From positions 6,588-70,587 of the forward strand of contig JAILDX010000018.1 of the NCBI GenBank assembly GCA_024688685.1: a DNA stretch of 64,000 bases. Reading direction: 5' to 3'. The DNA is from Saccharofermentans sp. (GTDB taxonomy: Bacteria; Bacillota; Clostridia; Saccharofermentanales; Saccharofermentanaceae). Positions 58,677 through 64,000 of this stretch are shown here, in pieces. Numbering within the stretch: the stretch's first letter is position 1; the number at the start of each line of letters is the position of its first letter. The position numbers were made by a program, and so were the translations under genes. The notes below the pieces were generated by a model that was not told the origin of the DNA, ran no database searches, and saw nothing but the letters and a program-made list of their open reading frames with translations.

Positions 58677-60176
58677 ATGAGCGATAACAAATCCCTGTAC
58701 TCAATAATCTCTTCATCTTTAGTTAACGGTGAGCTTCCCGTTGATTTCAGCCTTCCGGCAATACAAAACGGCAAAGAGCCTAAGTGGGCTGACGGCGCAC
58801 AGGATGGCGTACTCGTTTCCCATTGGGGGAGGAATGATTCTATTTCCGATGAAGACCAGGATCTTATGCAACGCGCAGTGGCAGCAGCCTCAGAAGGTAA
58901 TTTTGATCTTGCGGATGAGCTTTTTGGTGAGCTCGGAAAACATGTGAGAGCGATTAATATTTACAGCAAACTGCAAAAATACGTTGTTTTGAACATCAGG
59001 AGTCTTGATGAAGAGATGATCTTTAGGTATGCCGCCAGAGCAATCTCAGAATCTGCCGACAGGGAGACGGTAAAGTTTGGTCTTTGTTTGCTTCAACTGA
59101 ACGATGAGGATAACGATCCTGATGTAAAAGACGTCATCAGAACACTTGCGCTCTGTGATGAATTTACTCTGTTTGTAATCTTTATGATCAGGGACTGGCC
59201 TGAGGGCAATGACGAGGTGTTCCGGCTTGCTCAGAAGGTTCATGGATGGGGCAGGATACATGCTGTTATCTGGCTGGATGCTGATAGTGAGGAGATCAAA
59301 AGATGGCTGCTCCTGGAAGGTGTTCATAACAGTATTATGTATGCTTATTCAGCCGGCGAATGCTGGGCAAAATCAGATGCGATAAGCGTGCTCAGGAAAG
59401 GACCGACAAGGGAAGAGTTTACAGGAATAAGAGATATAATCGACGGACTGTGCGATGAGGGACCTTGTAAAGGTCTTTCGGAGATCGAAGGCAAGGAAGA
59501 GATCATCCTTCTTTTCCTGAAGGCGGCAAGGGATTTCGATCTCGATTACCGGGACTACATGGTCATAAACTTTATAAAGGATTTCTTTGAAGACGAAGAG
59601 CATCCCAATCCGGACATCGTATTTATCTGCAACCGGATGCTGTCTTCTGATGAGTGCAGGGCGGCCGTAAAGGAAGGCGTGTTAGCGGGCCATTTTATCT
59701 CGTTTGCGCCGGCACTTGGGATCAATTATCAGGACGAGATCTTAAATAAAATGAGAGATTCCTTCCTGGAGAACTATTCTATTGGCAAATATCTGATACA
59801 CAATCCTGAATACAGGGATGCAGCTGTTGATCTCTACAGGGAGAAACTTCCTTTGGAAGATCTTAAGAATGCTGAATGGCGGAGTCCGGACAGAATGGCC
59901 TGTGAGACTGCGCTAAGCTATGTTGTCGGAGAATTATATAATTATCCTTATGTCGGTCTTGATCTTATTGAGACGGCCCTTCAGACGGACAGTATGTGGG
60001 CAAAAGTCAATGCCCTCAACGTTCTGGGTATATGGGCAAATAAAGAAGGCAAGCCGCTCTCGGAAATACTTCCGGAGACCAATGCCCTTATATTAAAACT
60101 CTCAGAGACAGAACTTGTTGATGCCGTAAAAAAGAAGATGATAGGGACTGTCCGGATCAACAGCGATCAGTCGTGA
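58677..60176 (+). CDS. Hypothetical alpha-helical protein
   Basis: WADGAQDG, LCDEFTLF, VHGWGRIHAV motifs of an uncharacterised Firmicute family. Confidence 0.7.
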   Translation: MSDNKSLYSIISSSLVNGELPVDFSLPAIQNGKEPKWADGAQDGVLVSHWGRNDSISDEDQDLMQRAVAAASEGNFDLADELFGELGKHVRAINIYSKLQKYVVLNIRSLDEEMIFRYAARAISESADRETVKFGLCLLQLNDEDNDPDVKDVIRTLALCDEFTLFVIFMIRDWPEGNDEVFRLAQKVHGWGRIHAVIWLDADSEEIKRWLLLEGVHNSIMYAYSAGECWAKSDAISVLRKGPTREEFTGIRDIIDGLCDEGPCKGLSEIEGKEEIILLFLKAARDFDLDYRDYMVINFIKDFFEDEEHPNPDIVFICNRMLSSDECRAAVKEGVLAGHFISFAPALGINYQDEILNKMRDSFLENYSIGKYLIHNPEYRDAAVDLYREKLPLEDLKNAEWRSPDRMACETALSYVVGELYNYPYVGLDLIETALQTDSMWAKVNALNVLGIWANKEGKPLSEILPETNALILKLSETELVDAVKKKMIGTVRINSDQS

Positions 60177-61009
60177 CCCTTGCTGAACGGACCTTTGTAT
60201 CCAAATGAGATGGCCTTCTCAGGGCATTTCCTGATGCATTCTCCGCACTGGATGCACTCACCGTCGCAGACCTTCTTAACATCCATCTTGCAGCATTTGA
60301 CGCAGGCATTGCAGTTTGTGCATTTCTTCATGTCCACTTTGACACCAAAAAAAGATACAGGATTAAAGAATGAATAGATAGCGCCAAGCGGGCAGATGAA
60401 CCTGCAGAAAGTTCTGTAGCAGAAAACGCAGAGAATGAGGAAAACTGCAAGGAGAGAGAGCTTCCAGTAAAACAGAAATCCTATGGAACTCTGAAGCTGC
60501 TCATTCCCGATAACGAGCGGTATTCCGCCTTCGAGCGTGCCTGCGGGACAGATGAACTTGCAGAACCCGGGCATCAGCCAGATGAGCGGTATCGCAACGG
60601 CAAAAACGGCAAGTATCACATACTTGAGCTTTGAGAGGATTCCCGTAATCTTGTTCTTCTTTATCTTCGGCGTAGGGATAAGGTAAAGGAGCTCCTGGAT
60701 CAGTCCGAACGGACAAAGGAATCCGCAAATGAACCTCCCGAAGAGCAGTCCGAAGAGGAGTAATGTCCCCAGCACATAGTAGGGGAACTTGTATTTCGAT
60801 GAGAGGAGTGCGGACTGAAGACTTCCGAGCGGACAAGCGCCCACGGCTCCCGGACATGAGTAACAGTTAAGTCCGGGAACGCATACGCCTTTTGTCTCAC
60901 CCTTGTAGATGGATGAGTCGATAAATCCCTTGAAATTGCAGTTGTAGAGGACAGCCGCGATAAGCTGCGTGTATCTTCTGAAAGAAATCTTCGGGAAGCC
61001 CTTCTTCAT
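60167..61009 (-). CDS. Membrane 4Fe-4S binding protein (NapH/MauN-like)
   Basis: LNCYSCP, CGFLCPFG, CKFICPAG, CRFICPLG and two CxxCxxCxxxC motifs. Confidence 0.9.
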   Translation of the reverse strand: MKKGFPKISFRRYTQLIAAVLYNCNFKGFIDSSIYKGETKGVCVPGLNCYSCPGAVGACPLGSLQSALLSSKYKFPYYVLGTLLLFGLLFGRFICGFLCPFGLIQELLYLIPTPKIKKNKITGILSKLKYVILAVFAVAIPLIWLMPGFCKFICPAGTLEGGIPLVIGNEQLQSSIGFLFYWKLSLLAVFLILCVFCYRTFCRFICPLGAIYSFFNPVSFFGVKVDMKKCTNCNACVKCCKMDVKKVCDGECIQCGECIRKCPEKAISFGYKGPFSKGHD

Positions 61010-61016
61010 ACCAGGA

Positions 61017-61163
61017 TCACCCGATGCCGATGCACTCGTAGCAGATCATTCGTGCCTTATTAAACACATCCGAGAAGTCTCCCGAAACGATCCCGACCAC
61101 GATCAGTGCAGCCGCAGCCACAAAGAGAACGATCGCTACTGCTGTCCTGACCTTGCCGTTCAT
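61017..61163 (-). CDS. CD1871A-like small CXXC membrane protein (not in ORF track)
   Basis: MNGKVRTAVAIVLFVAAAALIVVGIVSGDFSDVFNKARMICYECIGIG*. Confidence 0.85.
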   Translation of the reverse strand: MNGKVRTAVAIVLFVAAAALIVVGIVSGDFSDVFNKARMICYECIGIG

Positions 61164-61744
61164 TCTGCGAGGCATTCCTTAATAGCGGTCATATATACTT
61201 CGTAAGGATCGGGGGAGGGAGCTCCGAGGAACAGTCTTCTGACAACGCCGTTCTTGATGATGACTGTGTACGGGATACCATCAGTAGGATACTTATTAAG
61301 AACCGCACCATCGGGATCATAACCGATGTTAAATGTGTATCCGTTCTCGTTTGCGAAAGCATCTACCATCGCCTTTGTCTCGCACTGATTGATCGCGACG
61401 AAAGTGAATCCTGTAGGATTCTCGTTTGTGATCATCTCGAAGTCAGGCATCTCGCCGCGGCAGGGAGGACACCATGTTGCCCAGAAATTGATCATTACGA
61501 CTTCGTCGTTGTGATCTGAAAGAGTAAATGTATCTCCGTTAGTGAGCTCGACGGTGAAGTCAGGCGCTGTATCGCCAACCATCAATTCTCTGTAATACTC
61601 TGGCTCTGCTTCCTCAGTTGTTGTCTTTGTGTCATCGTCCTTTGATCTGTCGCTGGACTTATTGCCGGATGAACCTGATGCGCATCCTGACAGTGATAAA
61701 AGTGTGCAGAGCACAAGCGCTGCTGCAATAGTTCTGATCTTCAT
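61160..61744 (-). CDS. TlpA/ResA-family thiol-disulfide oxidoreductase lipoprotein
   Basis: Lipobox LSGC, APDFT, NFWATWCPPC. Confidence 0.9.
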   Translation of the reverse strand: MKIRTIAAALVLCTLLSLSGCASGSSGNKSSDRSKDDDTKTTTEEAEPEYYRELMVGDTAPDFTVELTNGDTFTLSDHNDEVVMINFWATWCPPCRGEMPDFEMITNENPTGFTFVAINQCETKAMVDAFANENGYTFNIGYDPDGAVLNKYPTDGIPYTVIIKNGVVRRLFLGAPSPDPYEVYMTAIKECLAE

Positions 61745-61839
61745 AATTAATCTAATCTCCCTTTTCTCAAAAGTGTACTAATTATATCATTATGGCAAAA
61801 TGAGTAAAATGATATAATGTCTGTCAGGGGGATACAAAA

Positions 61840-62568
61840 ATGAGACTTGGAAAATCACTGTTAGGTTCTATTTTCAACAAAAAGAAGCAAAAGCCCAGCC
61901 CGCTGAAGACTGTAGGTGCTGTAGTTGCAACAGCTTTTATAATAAAGACACTGTTTGATAAGTCGGGAGGCGGAAAGGGTTTCGATCTGTTTGAGCCGGA
62001 TGAGCCTGAGAAGAAGCTTAATTACGAGCCGCCGAAGCCTTCCGGAAAGACGGTCGAGGTTGCTCGTGTCAACGTTGTCCGTGAGGATGAGGACTATATC
62101 AACACAACACTTGGAAAGCTTGCCCTCTGCTGGTATATAGCTAATATCGATAATGATGTTACTCCGGAGGAGCGGGTTGAGCTTAACAGGCTTGCTGATG
62201 AAGTCAGAAGGGACGATAAGATTCCGCAGAGGTATAAGAACAGCATCACGGATATATTTGCGCCCGGGATCAAGTTCAATACTGTTACCAATTATCTTGA
62301 CCATGCTGATCCGGTAGTTCTCATCGATCTCGTAAGTGAGGCTGACAGGATCGCAGCGATCAACGGCGTGTCAGACAGAGAGAAGTATGCTGTCGGTGCT
62401 TTTAAGCATTTTGTCGAGCAGAAGACCGGCCATAAGTTTGATGCGGATAAGGTCAGACACATCGATCTCATCTGTTCTTCATGCGGTGCCGTAATGACGG
62501 TTAACGAGAAGGCTTCAAAAGCTGTATGCGATTACTGCGGAACCGTTAAGGTCATTTTCCCTGATTAA
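61840..62568 (+). CDS. TerB-like domain protein with C-terminal zinc ribbon
   Basis: IANID.DVTPEE, AAINGVSDRE, CSSCGA...CDYCG. Confidence 0.65.
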   Translation: MRLGKSLLGSIFNKKKQKPSPLKTVGAVVATAFIIKTLFDKSGGGKGFDLFEPDEPEKKLNYEPPKPSGKTVEVARVNVVREDEDYINTTLGKLALCWYIANIDNDVTPEERVELNRLADEVRRDDKIPQRYKNSITDIFAPGIKFNTVTNYLDHADPVVLIDLVSEADRIAAINGVSDREKYAVGAFKHFVEQKTGHKFDADKVRHIDLICSSCGAVMTVNEKASKAVCDYCGTVKVIFPD

Positions 62569-63056
62569 TGAGAAAGCCCCGCAGGAAGATCACGTTTTAC
62601 TCCGAGATCGCATATTTTGCTGCGCTGTTATACGGCTTTATGCTCGATTTTAATACCCTGTGGGTGAAATATCTTCCGGAAGGGGATTATTTTGTGAGAC
62701 TCGGTTACTTTTTCGCAGGAATGCTTCTTTGTGCTACGGGGGTATCGTTTGTGTTCCACACTTACATCTCTCCTGAGGTCTATGAGCTATTTGTAAAGGA
62801 AATATCTGCAAAGTTCGGGATAAAGATCGAGAGAGTCAAGATCATTTACGACTGTTCAAGCTGTGTGCTGGCGATAGTACTGTCTTTTCTGCTCTTTGGT
62901 TTCGGTGAGTTTGTCGGAATCAGGACGGGAACTCTTTTGTGCGCGGCGCTCAACGTGTTCCTTATAGGCGGCATAAGCACACTGCTCGAGAAGGTGTTCG
63001 TTTTTAAGGATGCGTTCCCGCTCCGGAGATGGTTTGAGGGAAACGAGCCAAAATAG
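62568..63056 (+). CDS. YczE/DUF6198-like membrane protein, apparently internally shortened
   Basis: LYGFMLD, YELFVKEIS, KIIYDCS, GIRTGT; only 162 aa. Confidence 0.6.
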   Translation: MRKPRRKITFYSEIAYFAALLYGFMLDFNTLWVKYLPEGDYFVRLGYFFAGMLLCATGVSFVFHTYISPEVYELFVKEISAKFGIKIERVKIIYDCSSCVLAIVLSFLLFGFGEFVGIRTGTLLCAALNVFLIGGISTLLEKVFVFKDAFPLRRWFEGNEPK

Positions 63057-63104
63057 CGACTTTGTATTATAATAAGCATATTATGTTTTTGAGGTACCTG
63101 ATTT

Positions 63105-64000
63105 ATGGCAACGTCTAAACGATTTACAGTAGCAACATGGCAGATGATGGAACAGCTCCTCGAGGTCGATAATCTCGATGAAGCTCTTTCCGGAAGTCTT
63201 GATATCATAGTCAACAATCTTAAGAGCGAAGCGGGCATTATCTGGCTTCTCGATAAGAAGACAGACAGGCTCCATCCTGTATGCAATATCGGCTCTGCAG
63301 ATATTTCCAACGTAAGTATCGAGAATGGTATCGGTGTAGAGGGTAAGGTTACAAAAACCGGCGAGTCTACGATGATCGCTGATGCGGCTAATGACCCTTC
63401 CTTTGAGGGAACTACTCTTGATGACTATGGCGTTGTGACAAAGACAATGATCTGCGTTCCCCTTAATGTAGTCCGTGAAGTCATCGGTTGCGTTCAGATC
63501 ATCAATAAGACAGACGGATCACTTTACGATGAGGAGGAACTTGAGCTCTGCGAGCATATGGCGGCACTTGCTGCCATGACTATCGATGAGAAAGGTCTTA
63601 TCGTTGATTCAGGTGAAGAGAAGGAAGTCCTCATCAAGCTGGAGAATGTTACAAAGCAGTTCGTAACAGGCGACACAGTTCTCCAGGTCCTTAAGGGAAT
63701 CAATCTCGACATATACAAGAATGAGTTCGTTGTTATCCTTGGTGAGTCCGGCTGCGGTAAATCGACCATGATGAACATTATCGGAGGCATGGACTTCCTT
63801 ACGGGCGGCAAGCTCTTTGTTGAGGGAAAGGATTTCTCGCATCCGACGGATCTTGAGCTTACGAAGTACAGACGTGAGTATATCGGTTTCGTATTCCAGG
63901 CATATAATCTCATGCCAAACCTTACAGCGGTTGAGAATGTTCAGTTTATTGCCGAGCTTGTTGATAACCCGATGTCATCAAAGGATGCCATTGCAAAGGT
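63105..64000 (+). CDS. GAF domain fused to a LolD/MacB-type ABC ATPase (partial, runs off the window)
   Basis: GIGVEGKV..TGE...DA.NDP.F, MICVPL...VIGCVQIINK GAF; then LENVTKQF, GESGCGKST, IGFVFQAYNL. Confidence 0.9.
   Translation, partial: MATSKRFTVATWQMMEQLLEVDNLDEALSGSLDIIVNNLKSEAGIIWLLDKKTDRLHPVCNIGSADISNVSIENGIGVEGKVTKTGESTMIADAANDPSFEGTTLDDYGVVTKTMICVPLNVVREVIGCVQIINKTDGSLYDEEELELCEHMAALAAMTIDEKGLIVDSGEEKEVLIKLENVTKQFVTGDTVLQVLKGINLDIYKNEFVVILGESGCGKSTMMNIIGGMDFLTGGKLFVEGKDFSHPTDLELTKYRREYIGFVFQAYNLMPNLTAVENVQFIAELVDNPMSSKDAIAK

Overview
Chromosomal window from an anaerobic, moderately GC-rich Clostridia-class Firmicute. Gene content resembles rumen or gut Saccharofermentans/Oscillospiraceae-type organisms (inference). 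It is mostly housekeeping: hpt 3' end, trimeric electron-bifurcating-type [FeFe] hydrogenase hydCBA, rpsU, gpsA, pgi, prmC, ybaK, murC, rplU-prp-rpmA-obgE, a MoxR/VWA (Bat-like) operon, recJ-relA, nadE, pnp and tRNA-Leu(CAG). Accessory parts are an FCT-type sortase-B pilus locus cut by an IS3 remnant, several deletion scars, and the 48.7-64 kb region. The best leads are mostly absent from the ORF track: (1) two diverged, covarying copies of one multi-stem non-coding element, directly after pnp and after tRNA-Leu, in inverted orientation around an accessory block; (2) a stand-alone 32-aa double-glycine-leader peptide gene just upstream of a sugar-sensor/GGDEF/EAL gene; (3) a PD-(D/E)XK-like nuclease gene whose promoter is packed with TTACACA inverted repeats; (4) a GAF-ABC ATPase fusion; (5) a long hairpin in the pnp leader. 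Family assignments come from motif recognition by eye, with no database search.
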